Under the pieces are notes generated by a model. It made no database searches, had not been told where the DNA came from, and worked only from the letters and a program-made list of their open reading frames with translations. The position numbers were made by a program, and so were the translations under genes. Of a stretch of DNA of 64,000 nt, positions 9,029 through 18,470 are shown piece after piece (the stretch's first letter is position 1; the number at the start of each line of letters is the position of its first letter). The DNA is from an uncultured Candidatus Micrarchaeota archaeon (GTDB lineage Archaea; Micrarchaeota; Micrarchaeia; Burarchaeales; Fermentimicrarchaeaceae). The stretch lies in contig CAVXDX010000008.1 in assembly GCA_963760615.1 (NCBI GenBank), positions 1-64,000 of the forward strand. The letters are read 5' to 3'.

Positions 9029-9658
9029 CTAGAGTATTCCTTTTGTGAGCTTCTCAATAACTGTTGATGCTATTGTCTTCTTTGCCCCAACCGCTTTCTC
9101 AAATGAAGTTCTTATCGCAGGGTAGCCTAGAGTGAGCCCCTGCCATGAGCTAACAGTCTTCCCAGAAGGAGTTTTCAGCCCTATGCCGAAGTCCACCCAT
9201 TCTTGCAGGTTTTGGTTCTTATCAAGGAGCATCGTTAAGGAAACTTCTGCCTGGGAGTTTGACCTGTCGTTTGCCCTCACGGACGACCAGTAGGCAACGC
9301 TCTCTATATTCTCTGCTGTCTTCTCAAGGTTTGTCTTGAGCTCAATTAGCTCAGTGCGCCTGTCCCTTATTTCAAAGGATGACTTTAGTATCCACTCATC
9401 CTCCTTGGGGTTCACTTTCCTGAAAAGCTTTGCTATTCTTGCTATGATATCTTTCAGCATTGCAAGCTCATCGGATGATTTTTTCAGAAGCTCGTCGCAG
9501 CCCTTTATTTTCGGCTCAATCACATCGCGGGAATAGTTTTTGAGAGAATTCCCGAGGGAGTGGAGTTTTTGTGAAGCGGCTTTCCAGAAGTTTGCCTCGC
9601 AGCTCTCCCTGGTCCTCTTCTCAGCAATGGCAGGCTCGAATGTCTTAACCGTTTCCAT
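9029..9658 (-). CDS. Hypothetical protein, partly coiled coil
   Basis: 209-aa ORF co-oriented with the upstream repeat-protein gene. Confidence 0.65.
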   Translation of the reverse strand: METVKTFEPAIAEKRTRESCEANFWKAASQKLHSLGNSLKNYSRDVIEPKIKGCDELLKKSSDELAMLKDIIARIAKLFRKVNPKEDEWILKSSFEIRDRRTELIELKTNLEKTAENIESVAYWSSVRANDRSNSQAEVSLTMLLDKNQNLQEWVDFGIGLKTPSGKTVSSWQGLTLGYPAIRTSFEKAVGAKKTIASTVIEKLTKGIL

Positions 9659-9689
9659 GTGTATGTATCATACGGCGGGATATAAAAAT

Positions 9690-11306
9690 TTACTGTGGCT
9701 TCGCTGCAGGAGGCTCCCTGAATTCAGCGCCCTTTTCAGCAACTAGCGTTCTGATGAAGCTCCGGAACATGTCTTTTGACTTGATGAAGTTGATCGGCTC
9801 TATTTCCGTTACAGCTATATCATTGCATTCGCAAAGCTCAAACTTCCAATTCAGAGATGCGGCACCTTGCGAGAAGATGAGAGGATATTTTTTCCAGTCA
9901 AAATTGTGCATTTTGCACGTTTCCAGTATCCTTCCAACTGAGACGGGGGCTTGTTTTTTGATCTCCAGTGGTATCTTCTCTTCCTCTAAACCCTCCCCGA
10001 TCATTATCTTAACCACTTCCTTCTCCGCCTTCTGATGCGTTATAAATAACTTTCCTGGGACATGATTTTTGAGAAATTCTTTGAACTCATCATTCGGAAG
10101 CCACAGCGTGGATACTATGCCAGACTGCTCAGGGTCTATCCCTTCTTGTCTGCAGAAATCCAGATTTAAATCAAGAACATTCGCGCCCCAGGAGAAGACA
10201 TACTGATGAGCCTTCCAGTTGAATTCATGCTTATCGCATACCTTTATTACGTGCTCTACGGCCGCAGGATACGCCTTCTTAACAGAAGAAGTGATATCCT
10301 CTTCTTTAACGCCATGCTTTGCCATTATCTCGACTACTTTCTTTTCCTTTTCTTCTGCTGAAAGACGGAGTTTTACCGGCTCACGGTTCTTGAGGAATTC
10401 TTTGAAACTCTCGGGGTTCATGTTTAGTTTTGGAATGAGGAGGTCTCTTACAGGGTCTTTACCTTGCTCCTTGCAGGTTTTCAGGTTGTCTGAGAGGTTT
10501 TGCGCGGGGTAGGTCAAAGCATATGAAAACTTCACTGTGTTGATACCATGCTCCTCAAATGCTTGAATATTGCTGCTGAAGCTGGTGTAAGAATAGGGAA
10601 GGAAGTTGCGGTATGGCGTGAAGGGTATATGCTTCTCTTCGCATGTTGCAACTATTTTTCTAAGATTTTTCAGAGAGAGATGATGGAGTACAGGGTGATT
10701 CTCGAATTCTATGCCCTTCTCCTTGCAGAAAGCGTCTATCTCTGCATTTCTTATCTTCATCTGCTCCTGCGTGAAGAAGGGTCTGCCTACATTGCCATCA
10801 AAATGCCTGACCAGCTTTGTTACTTCCTGCTGGGATGCAGGTATGAGAATATCAGTTTTTATTGCATGCGGCTGGAATGCCTGCTTTGGGGATTCCGTTA
10901 CAATAGGCTTTTGAACCTCCTTGTGAGGTTCAGGTATAGGGGGCTTTTTGATTAAATATTTGCGTTCAAGAAAAACACCGAGCTTCTTCTCGTAACTCTT
11001 TGCAGTTTCCATACATTCCGGGTGCTTAAGAAGCCAGTCGTCCATTACAAGCTTTCCGGAACCATCATACTTTGCAGTTATCGAATTAACCCTGTCGACT
11101 ATTCTTGCCTCTTTCAGGGTTTTATCCGCATTTAACATAAGCTCTATGGAAAGCGCGGGAGCGTTTCCCCTGAATACTGGTACAATGCTTTCAACAGTCC
11201 TGAGGCTCTCCCACACAATCTTCTCCTTCCCGAGGCTTTCGAGATGCTCCCGCAGCTGGAGTTGCTCATTACCGAAATAGCAGAAGTCCTTTTCCAGTTT
11301 ATGCAT
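9690..11306 (-). CDS. Helical-repeat protein (about three ~107-aa super-repeats; mTERF-like periodicity)
   Basis: Repeats such as FKEFLKN..P.KL, EKKVVEIM..HG / EKEVVKIM..EG and C..H.F.WK. Confidence 0.75.
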   Translation of the reverse strand: MHKLEKDFCYFGNEQLQLREHLESLGKEKIVWESLRTVESIVPVFRGNAPALSIELMLNADKTLKEARIVDRVNSITAKYDGSGKLVMDDWLLKHPECMETAKSYEKKLGVFLERKYLIKKPPIPEPHKEVQKPIVTESPKQAFQPHAIKTDILIPASQQEVTKLVRHFDGNVGRPFFTQEQMKIRNAEIDAFCKEKGIEFENHPVLHHLSLKNLRKIVATCEEKHIPFTPYRNFLPYSYTSFSSNIQAFEEHGINTVKFSYALTYPAQNLSDNLKTCKEQGKDPVRDLLIPKLNMNPESFKEFLKNREPVKLRLSAEEKEKKVVEIMAKHGVKEEDITSSVKKAYPAAVEHVIKVCDKHEFNWKAHQYVFSWGANVLDLNLDFCRQEGIDPEQSGIVSTLWLPNDEFKEFLKNHVPGKLFITHQKAEKEVVKIMIGEGLEEEKIPLEIKKQAPVSVGRILETCKMHNFDWKKYPLIFSQGAASLNWKFELCECNDIAVTEIEPINFIKSKDMFRSFIRTLVAEKGAEFREPPAAKPQ

Positions 11307-11341
11307 GCCTTATTTTATGCAGTTTAAAATTTAAAAAGAAG

Positions 11342-11725
11342 CTACTTCAGCAGAACTGCATTCACAACCCCGTGCTGACCGGGCCTGCTTGTCACCTTCG
11401 CCTTTCCCAGCTCAGTTTCTATGACTGCCCCTTTTGTGATTATGTTCATTCTGGCATGGTGCCTGTTGTCCGGGGATTCTGCAACAGACTTTATCTTCGC
11501 CTTCTTCATCCCTTCAGGAGTTGAAATGTTTGCAAATGCCGCACGCATAAGCCTAACCTTGAGGTTGCTGCCCCTTGTCCTGTCAAGCTTTACTTCATCC
11601 TTCTCATCAACCTTTGTGCTGGCAAACGGCCCGCCCATCTCATGCAGGCGCTTGTCCCTGAACTTCCTCTGCTTCTTGCCGCTTCCGCTTGTCTTCCTCT
11701 TTGGTTTTCCGTGAAACTGCTCCAT
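11342..11725 (-). CDS. rps8e: 30S ribosomal protein S8e
   Basis: MEQFHGKPKRKTSG...RTRG.N.KVRL...NIITKGAVIETELGKAKVTSRPGQHGVVNAVL. Confidence 0.97.
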   Translation of the reverse strand: MEQFHGKPKRKTSGSGKKQRKFRDKRLHEMGGPFASTKVDEKDEVKLDRTRGSNLKVRLMRAAFANISTPEGMKKAKIKSVAESPDNRHHARMNIITKGAVIETELGKAKVTSRPGQHGVVNAVLLK

Positions 11726-11767
11726 ACGCAACCTCCTTTTTTATATAAGTTTGTTGAATATTTCTCC

Positions 11768-12259
11768 ATGGAATTCAGAGTTGTGCCCGCAAGGACGAAG
11801 TTCGAGGATGTTGAGGAGCTTCTCTCCAGAATGAAGCAAGTTTCTGAGAGGAGAAGAGCCGTCATCCAGGCATTCGACCCCGACATGGTTCTCTCCGAAA
11901 ACCACCTAATATTTTCAGCTCACCATGCTTTTAAGGCTTTTGCTGAGAAGAGGGCGATTGCCAGGAAGCTGGAGAGCGAGCTACTGCTCTGGGCTGCAGG
12001 AACGAGGAGGATTGGGGAGGCTGTGAAGAAGGTCGGAGTGAAAGATGCTGGGAAAGTTGTATTTCTCGTCCAAAAAGGAAAGGAGAAAGAGGTGCTGAGA
12101 GATTTGAAGGCTGAGCATGATGAGAAGCTTCTTAGGATGAGCAGGGAGAAGGCAAGCAGGATTATGCACAGTTTCGGGATAAGCGAAGCGGCATGCGGAT
12201 GCTATCCACTGGAGGAGCTGCTGCTTGAGAAAATTGCAATGCTTGCTCTTGAGAAGTGA
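11768..12259 (+). CDS. cgi121: KEOPS subunit Cgi121
   Basis: IQAFDPDMVLSENHL...A.KAF...IARKLESELLLWAAGTRRIGEAVKKVG...LLLEKIA. Confidence 0.9.
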   Translation: MEFRVVPARTKFEDVEELLSRMKQVSERRRAVIQAFDPDMVLSENHLIFSAHHAFKAFAEKRAIARKLESELLLWAAGTRRIGEAVKKVGVKDAGKVVFLVQKGKEKEVLRDLKAEHDEKLLRMSREKASRIMHSFGISEAACGCYPLEELLLEKIAMLALEK

Positions 12260-12263
12260 CTCC

Positions 12264-12986
12264 TTACTCGCAGAACTCCTCGCTCAAAGCTTTCTTTATG
12301 AACTTCGCCTTCTTTTTTCCAATCTTCTCCACTTCTGTAAGCTCTTTTTCATTTGCCTTTGCTATGTTTTCAATTGTCTTGAATTTCTTCAGGAGCGCAA
12401 CTGCAAGCTTTGGCCCCACTCCCGGGAGGCATTCCACAATCATCCTCTGCTGCTGCGCCATTGTGTGCACCCGCTTGTTTCCCTTGAGCCTCACAACTGC
12501 CTCCTTACCGAGCTGCTCCCTCTTCGCAAGTGCAAAAATCATCTCAGCGGTTCCTTCCAAGTCCCTGGTGAAAAAAACTGGAATGCCATAATCGAGTATC
12601 AGGGCGGATATTGCACCTAGCAGAGCATTCCTGTTCACCCTCTCCTCAAAAGTCTCTCCTTCAATTATTACAATTCCTTTCTCAAAGTTGTCAAGCATGT
12701 TCTCTGCCTGCCTGAATAACCTGCCGTCAATTATGGAGCTCTCAAAATCACTTCTTGTCTTCCTCTCTATGACAATCCTCTCGGATATTATGAAATCCCC
12801 AACCGGGAGGGTTTTTATCTTCACAACCGCACCAAGCTCCTTAAGAATATCTGGAAGGGTTCCTCTGCTCTCCTTCTCATCAACAAGTATCTCTACAAAA
12901 TTTCTCTTCTCCTTCTCGGAGAATTCGTTAAGGGAGCTCTGTTCCGTGATATCACCTGCTTCAAATAGACTTGCAGTATTCCTCAA
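12264..12986 (-). CDS. xpf: Short XPF/ERCC4 nuclease with (HhH)2 and an N-terminal PIP-like motif
   Basis: VDEKE, GDF, VIERKT..DF..SIIDGRLF.QA, HhH LPGVGPKLA; N-terminal QSSLNEF. Confidence 0.9.
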   Translation of the reverse strand: MRNTASLFEAGDITEQSSLNEFSEKEKRNFVEILVDEKESRGTLPDILKELGAVVKIKTLPVGDFIISERIVIERKTRSDFESSIIDGRLFRQAENMLDNFEKGIVIIEGETFEERVNRNALLGAISALILDYGIPVFFTRDLEGTAEMIFALAKREQLGKEAVVRLKGNKRVHTMAQQQRMIVECLPGVGPKLAVALLKKFKTIENIAKANEKELTEVEKIGKKKAKFIKKALSEEFCE

Positions 12987-13662
12987 TCTCGTTGAAGCTT
13001 ATGCTGCACCCCGAGAACTTCAGCCCATAGAGCGCAGCCTCTATGGCGCGCTTCTCAATCTCCCCATAGTCCTTGAACAGTCCTTTCTCATACCCAGCTA
13101 TGGCAAGCTCCGTACTTCTGAATAGGTTGAGCTTTCCAGTCATGTAAAGGAACCTGTCAAGATTCTTCTGGTTTACCTCTATTTTTTTCTGAAACTCATC
13201 CTCCATGTGGGCTTTCATTTCTAAAGGAGCCTCTATGAGCATCCTGGTTGTCCTCTCGTCTATGAGCACATTTCGCAGTTTGAGGTCCATTGCAACCGCA
13301 AGGGTTTCAGTCTCACCCTCATGAATGAGCTTAAGGGGCTTTCCGCCTATGTAGAATACGCTGTTGCCCAGAGATGACAGCTCGGATGTGAGCGCTGCGG
13401 AGTTCGGAGTTTCAACAACTTTTATCACATCATCCAGCAGCATTTTCTTCACTCTTACAGCGCCAAGGGTGTGCGATTTCATTTCAAGTGGACGCGTCAC
13501 GGATTCGTATTCCACTTTCTTTGTTATCAGGAAGTAGCCCTTGAAACTCCCAACAAGATTGGAGAACAGCCACAGGAGGCAGGAATCCGACAGGGATATG
13601 AGTGAGCTGGAATCACAGATGATTGAATCCTCGGGGATGCTACTTGAATAGTTTCCTGACAT
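12961..13662 (-). CDS. PIN-like domain protein
   Basis: IICDSSSLISL...HEGETETLA...VLIDERTTR matches the PIN acidic tetrad pattern. True start taken as MSGNYSS at 13662. Confidence 0.7.
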   Translation of the reverse strand: MSGNYSSSIPEDSIICDSSSLISLSDSCLLWLFSNLVGSFKGYFLITKKVEYESVTRPLEMKSHTLGAVRVKKMLLDDVIKVVETPNSAALTSELSSLGNSVFYIGGKPLKLIHEGETETLAVAMDLKLRNVLIDERTTRMLIEAPLEMKAHMEDEFQKKIEVNQKNLDRFLYMTGKLNLFRSTELAIAGYEKGLFKDYGEIEKRAIEAALYGLKFSGCSISFNEIEEYCKSI

Positions 13663-14191
13663 TTTTAAGCCTCTCCACAATCGGTTTTGTTTTTCCCATC
13701 CTATCGTGCATGAGGGTCTGCCCGGAGTAGTTGAGCACATCACTTTTGTTTGTGCCAGTGAGCGCGATGGCATTGCTGAGAGAGAAGCCTTGCGCATAAA
13801 GATAGGAGGCAAATCTGAGTCGTGCCTTGTGGAAAAGGCTACCGATATACCTCCTGTCCTCTGTGTCGAAAGTCTTCAAATCCTCGCTGATTGATTTGAG
13901 GTACTCCCTCATGTCATCAGTTCTGTTCTCATCAAGAGATGCAACTGCATTGTGCAGGCTCTCCTGGACTTTCTCGACAAACTCCTTCTTTATCTTCCTG
14001 TTCCAGTAGCGCGGTTTCTCGAGAACCTTTGCAAGCACGTAGGAGATTATGGCAACATCAAGCAGGTCGCTTTGCTCCTCAAGAGCGAATTCGCTTATGC
14101 ACCTGTCGCTTATCTTCTTAAGCTGGGAGAGTTCGCCTGTCATAAGAGCTACGAGCATCTCCTTCAATGCCTCTGTGACAGTATAGCTCAT
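13640..14191 (-). CDS. Hypothetical helical protein with a C-terminal HTH-like segment
   Basis: KARLRFASYLYAQGFSLSNAIALTG; overlaps the PIN-like gene start (translational coupling). Confidence 0.7.
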   Translation of the reverse strand: MSYTVTEALKEMLVALMTGELSQLKKISDRCISEFALEEQSDLLDVAIISYVLAKVLEKPRYWNRKIKKEFVEKVQESLHNAVASLDENRTDDMREYLKSISEDLKTFDTEDRRYIGSLFHKARLRFASYLYAQGFSLSNAIALTGTNKSDVLNYSGQTLMHDRMGKTKPIVERLKNVRKLFK

Positions 14192-14322
14192 GCTTTTCAA
14201 TTTGGCGGAGGTGATTTAAATATCTCCCTCCACATAAATTCTTCTCGGTAAATTTTGGGAATTAGGTTTTTGAATCTGATTTTTCGACAGAACGAAATGT
14301 TTATATACCCCTTCATCATCTA

Positions 14323-14363
14323 ATCATGACACAGTCATGATTTAAACCAGGTTTAGTCATGAT
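14323..14363. promoter_or_regulatory. Putative operator: perfect inverted repeat ATCATGAC-N3-GTCATGAT plus an extra GTCATGAT half-site
   Basis: Seen directly between the TATA-like TTTATATA (~14300) and the start of the HTH gene. Confidence 0.55.
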
Positions 14364-14384
14364 ACTCTCTGGAGGGAGTTGCGA

Positions 14385-14756
14385 ATGTCAGACGTGGTGG
14401 AAAAAGAGCTTGACAAAAAGACTGTGGAGACAACTACCATACTTACGAAAGTGAAGGAAACAACCGAGATGGAGCTCCTGAGGTCGATTGCTGGGAGACT
14501 GGAGGACATTGAGAAGAGGCTGGACGGAATCGAGAGGGAGCTTGGAAAGGAAGTTTCCGGGGAGATTCTTGGTGATGTTGACGAGAAGATAATTGAGTTT
14601 GTTAAGAAGAACGGAAAGGCGTGCGCAGAGGAGTTGCAGAGAGCGTTCAACTACAGGGGGAAGAATGCTGCAAGCGCAAGGCTCAACAAACTGCATTCCC
14701 AGGGACTGCTGGAGAAGAAGCAGGCCGGGAGGAGGGTTTATTACTTTGTGAAGTGA
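14385..14756 (+). CDS. Coiled-coil plus winged-HTH transcriptional regulator
   Basis: Heptads IAGRLEDIEKRLDGIE, then DEKIIEFVKKNG...AASARLNKLHSQGLLEKKQAGRRVYY. Confidence 0.82.
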   Translation: MSDVVEKELDKKTVETTTILTKVKETTEMELLRSIAGRLEDIEKRLDGIERELGKEVSGEILGDVDEKIIEFVKKNGKACAEELQRAFNYRGKNAASARLNKLHSQGLLEKKQAGRRVYYFVK

Positions 14757-14818
14757 TGCTGGCAAGGCGACTATAAATCTCTTTGTATAAAGGGGTGGTT
14801 CGGCCATAAGTTCACCTC

Positions 14819-14847
14819 CAACATGTGGGGTTTTGCCCCACATGTTG
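14819..14847. terminator. Perfect 12-bp hairpin between the convergent HTH and smc genes
   Basis: CAACATGTGGGG-TTTTG-CCCCACATGTTG. Confidence 0.35.
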
Positions 14848-14907
14848 CCATCACCCCAAACCTAATTCTATGAAATCAACAAACTGCTTACTAAATTTTA
14901 TAATTAG

Positions 14908-17900
14908 TTACGTGTTGAACTGCACTCCCACTATCTTTGAGCCGTCCTTTGTCCTTGTCACTCCAATTGCCGTGTCTGCAGAAGTTAAAACAGAGTCGTT
15001 GTGGGTTACAACGATGAACTGTGTATTCTTTGAAAGTTCCTTCAAAAGCTGCGACAGCTTCAGGCTGTTCTCCTTGTCAAGGGATGCATCCGCCTCATCA
15101 AGCAGATAGAAGGGAGCAGGTTTGTACATTTGGATTGCGAATATGAACATGAGAGTGAGCAGGGACTTCTCCCCTCCAGACTTTGATTCAATGAACTGCA
15201 GCTCTCCCTTCTCTGTTTTCAGCTGAATTTGCAAACCGCTCTCAAGAGGCGCTGCAGGGTTTTGAAGCACTAAATCACCTTCGCCTGCATTGAAAGCATA
15301 CCCATACAATTTCACGAAATTCTTCCTCACGACATCGAATGTTTCCATGAATATTGCAGACTTCTTTGTCTCTATCTCATCAATCATGCTCTGCACAGCC
15401 TTCCTCTCCTCAGCAAGTTTCTCAGTCTTCTCTTTAACTTCCTTCATCTCCTTTACTCTCTCATCATATTCCTGCGGGGCTTTGAGATTGACATTCCCAA
15501 GTGCAGCAAGCAGCTGCTCACCCTCTCCTATCTTTGCCTCAATATCCTCCTTTGCACCCTCCACCTGCTCTATATCCTGGTAGGAAGCGCTCTCAGTTTT
15601 CAAGTCAGCCAGCCTTGTCTCAAGGTTTGCTTTCATAATCTCATACCTTGTAAGATCTTTGAAGAATTTCTCGTAGTTGAAGCCGCTCTTCCCCTTCTCC
15701 AAAGCAAGTTCTTCAATCTGTCTCTCGATAACATTCCTGTTTTCATACAGTTTTTCCAAATCGCTGCTCACATTCTTTATCTTCGCGCTCTTCTCCTCGT
15801 ATAATTTGTTGTTTGAAGCCAGTGATGACTCAAGCCCCTTCAAATCACTATTCAGGATGTTCAAATCTCTCCTGAGCGGCTCGCACTCCTCCTCGTTGCT
15901 CTGCGCCCTCTTCTTCATAACATCAAGCTCAGCAGTGTATTTGGCAAGCTCAGCCTCATAAGATGTTTTGGTCGAGTTGAAGTCGTTGAGCTGCTTCTCG
16001 AACTCCTGCATCTTCCTGTTGAACTGCTCCTCCTTCTCAGCGTCTATCTGCTTGAGCGAATCCTCATTTGCTTTCTGAAGCTCACCCATCTCCGAGTTCA
16101 GCTTCTCGATGTCTGCCTGCCTCTCCGAGAGCTCCTTTGAAATCATGTTTATCTCATGTTTGAGCGAAGCTACATTCGCCTCGTATGTCTCCCTGCCCTT
16201 CCTCTCCTTGCTTTTTGTATCTGCAATGTGGGCAAGCTCCAGCTCAAACCCCTTCAGCTTGACCTCAAGCTCGCTTTTCTCCCTTCTCTTCTTGCTCATC
16301 TCCTCCCTCAGGGAATAAAGGGAGTTCACGATTCCGTCTCTCTCAGCCTTGAGGGCTTCAAGTTCCGAGTTCAGTCTTTCGACCTCGGCCCTCTCCTTTG
16401 CATGGGAGGAAACCCTTTTCATAACTCCGCCGGTTATGGCACCTGAAGATTCAAGCAAGTCACCCTCAAGCGTGACCATTCTGGCTTTTCCGATTCCAAC
16501 CTTCTTTGCGCTCTCTATGCTGTCAATGAGAAGCGTGTCCCCGAAAACAAACTGGAAGATGTTGGAGTATTTGGAATCAAAGCTCACAACCTCAAGCAGG
16601 AACCCCTTGGAGCCCTCCTTCTTGCTCAAAGCCCTCTGTTCATCTGTTATGAAGCGGGCGTTTATGTCAAGCGGTATGAAGGTGCATCTGCCAGCCTTGG
16701 TCTTCTTCAGGTATTCAATTGCCTTTGCCGCAGTGCTCACATCCTCAACAACCAAGTAGTTCATCCTGTGGCCTGCAGCAGCCTCTATGGCAGTTGAGTA
16801 TTCATCGTCAAACCTGCACAGCTCTCCCACGGTGCCGTATATGCCGGGAAGCATGCCATTCTTCTTGAGGTCAAGCAGTGCTCGGACTCCCTGGTTCTCA
16901 GGCAATTCTTTGAGGAACTGGAGCTTGCTCGCTATGCCAACATGCTTCTCCTTTACCTCAAGCAGCATCTTCTCAGTTGTCGGGAGCTTCTGGTTGAGTT
17001 CCTTCTCCTTCTCGAAAAGCGAGCTGAGCTGCGAGTCTATTTCCTTACTGGCTTTCCTCAGCTCATCCGCATCCTGGGATATCTCGCTCTCCCTCTCAGT
17101 TTTTTCAGAAGGAGCCTGGGATTCCAGCCTCTTTAACTCCATTTCTGCAAAGCTCTTCTTGCTGGCGAGCTTCTCAACATCAAGCTCAAGCTTCCTCGCC
17201 CTCTCCTTCCTCTCCTCAAGCTGCCTGAGAAGGTTTGTTGATTTCATCTTTGCCTCATAGAATTTGCTACCCAGGGCAGTCTCCTTTGAAGCCTTGTCCC
17301 TCTCGTTCAGGAACGCAAGAATCTGCCCCTCCACATCGGATATCTTCTCCTTTACACCTGCGGAATCCTGGGCGAGCTGAATCATCTTCGCATTCATGGA
17401 TATTTTCTCGTTCTCCAGCGTGCGTATCCTCTGTTTTATCCTTTCAGTTTCTCTCTCCTTCTGCTCCTTGCTTCCCAATGCCAAATTTATTGAAGTCTTG
17501 AGCTGCTCCACCTCGCTGAAAAGGGAATTCTTCTCCCTCTCTGCTTTTTCATTTATCTGCTGTGTTATGCTGTTCTTCTGTGTTTCAAACTCCTTTATTT
17601 TGGCATCAATCTCTGCAAGCTTCCTGTCGACTTCCTCCTCCTGGCTCTTCAGCTCCAGATACTTGTTTGTGGCGCGGGTGAACTCCTTTTCAACCTTCTT
17701 CAGCTCGATGAATAGCAGAGAACCCCTGTATTTCCTCAAGCCTGCATTTATCTCATTGTATTTCAGTGCGTCATTCTTGTCCTTCTCCAGCTCTGTGAGG
17801 AAGCCCTCCCTCTCCTTCAAAACAATTGTGGCGTCGTTTATCTTCTGCTCCACCTTCGCAAGCTCTGCAAGAGCCTCCCTCTTCTTGTCCTCGAACTCGG

Positions 17901-18360
17901 AGATGCCTGCAACCCCGTCTATTATCTCCCTCCTCTCCTTTGGGTTGATGTCCACAATCCTCTCAACTTCTCCCTGCGGTATTATATTGTGGTTGCCTGC
18001 ACTAATGCCCATTCTTGACAGCTCATCAAGAACGTCTGTGCGGGTCATCCTCTTGCCATCCAGCTTGTAGAGAGTCTTCCCATCTTTCCTTATCGCCCTC
18101 TTCAGCTCGTGCTTCTTGTCGCCGTCAAACTGCAGGTATATTTCAGCCTTTTCAGAGCCGTGAGTGATGAGATCAGCAACCTTCTTCGCCCTGAGGGATT
18201 TGAAGCTGTTCTCACCCAAAGCGAATCTTATCGCATCTCCTATATTCGATTTTCCTGAACCGTTGGGACCGGCTAGGCATACGAAACCCTTTGAGAGGGG
18301 TATGTCCGCATACCTGAAAGACTTGAACCTCTTCAGCTTGATTCTCTCTATGTAAACCAT
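14908..18360 (-). CDS. smc: Chromosome segregation protein SMC
   Basis: FKSF, Walker A GPNGSGKSN, hinge GIYGTVGELC...AIEAAAG, signature SGGEKS, Walker B LLDEADASLD, VVTH. Confidence 0.97.
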   Translation of the reverse strand: MVYIERIKLKRFKSFRYADIPLSKGFVCLAGPNGSGKSNIGDAIRFALGENSFKSLRAKKVADLITHGSEKAEIYLQFDGDKKHELKRAIRKDGKTLYKLDGKRMTRTDVLDELSRMGISAGNHNIIPQGEVERIVDINPKERREIIDGVAGISEFEDKKREALAELAKVEQKINDATIVLKEREGFLTELEKDKNDALKYNEINAGLRKYRGSLLFIELKKVEKEFTRATNKYLELKSQEEEVDRKLAEIDAKIKEFETQKNSITQQINEKAEREKNSLFSEVEQLKTSINLALGSKEQKERETERIKQRIRTLENEKISMNAKMIQLAQDSAGVKEKISDVEGQILAFLNERDKASKETALGSKFYEAKMKSTNLLRQLEERKERARKLELDVEKLASKKSFAEMELKRLESQAPSEKTERESEISQDADELRKASKEIDSQLSSLFEKEKELNQKLPTTEKMLLEVKEKHVGIASKLQFLKELPENQGVRALLDLKKNGMLPGIYGTVGELCRFDDEYSTAIEAAAGHRMNYLVVEDVSTAAKAIEYLKKTKAGRCTFIPLDINARFITDEQRALSKKEGSKGFLLEVVSFDSKYSNIFQFVFGDTLLIDSIESAKKVGIGKARMVTLEGDLLESSGAITGGVMKRVSSHAKERAEVERLNSELEALKAERDGIVNSLYSLREEMSKKRREKSELEVKLKGFELELAHIADTKSKERKGRETYEANVASLKHEINMISKELSERQADIEKLNSEMGELQKANEDSLKQIDAEKEEQFNRKMQEFEKQLNDFNSTKTSYEAELAKYTAELDVMKKRAQSNEEECEPLRRDLNILNSDLKGLESSLASNNKLYEEKSAKIKNVSSDLEKLYENRNVIERQIEELALEKGKSGFNYEKFFKDLTRYEIMKANLETRLADLKTESASYQDIEQVEGAKEDIEAKIGEGEQLLAALGNVNLKAPQEYDERVKEMKEVKEKTEKLAEERKAVQSMIDEIETKKSAIFMETFDVVRKNFVKLYGYAFNAGEGDLVLQNPAAPLESGLQIQLKTEKGELQFIESKSGGEKSLLTLMFIFAIQMYKPAPFYLLDEADASLDKENSLKLSQLLKELSKNTQFIVVTHNDSVLTSADTAIGVTRTKDGSKIVGVQFNT

Positions 18361-18470
18361 GGGCTCCCCCAGAATGCACGTTTTGCTTTTTTCCATCCTA
18401 TGCCTGATCGCCACTCATTTTTTTGCTTTCAGTATTTATAAACCTTCGGAGGGGGTAACTTTCCGTCATA

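Noticed and set aside
15290-18070. Multiple plus-strand Ser/Phe/Leu-rich ORFs
   Set aside because: Typical antisense frames of the Lys/Glu-rich smc gene.
14908-18414. Wadjet/JetC or other defence SMC
   Set aside because: The protein has a canonical hinge and head motifs and no JetA/B/D (Toprim) neighbour, so it is a housekeeping-type SMC. The ORF-track start at 18414 was trimmed to MVYIERI at 18360.
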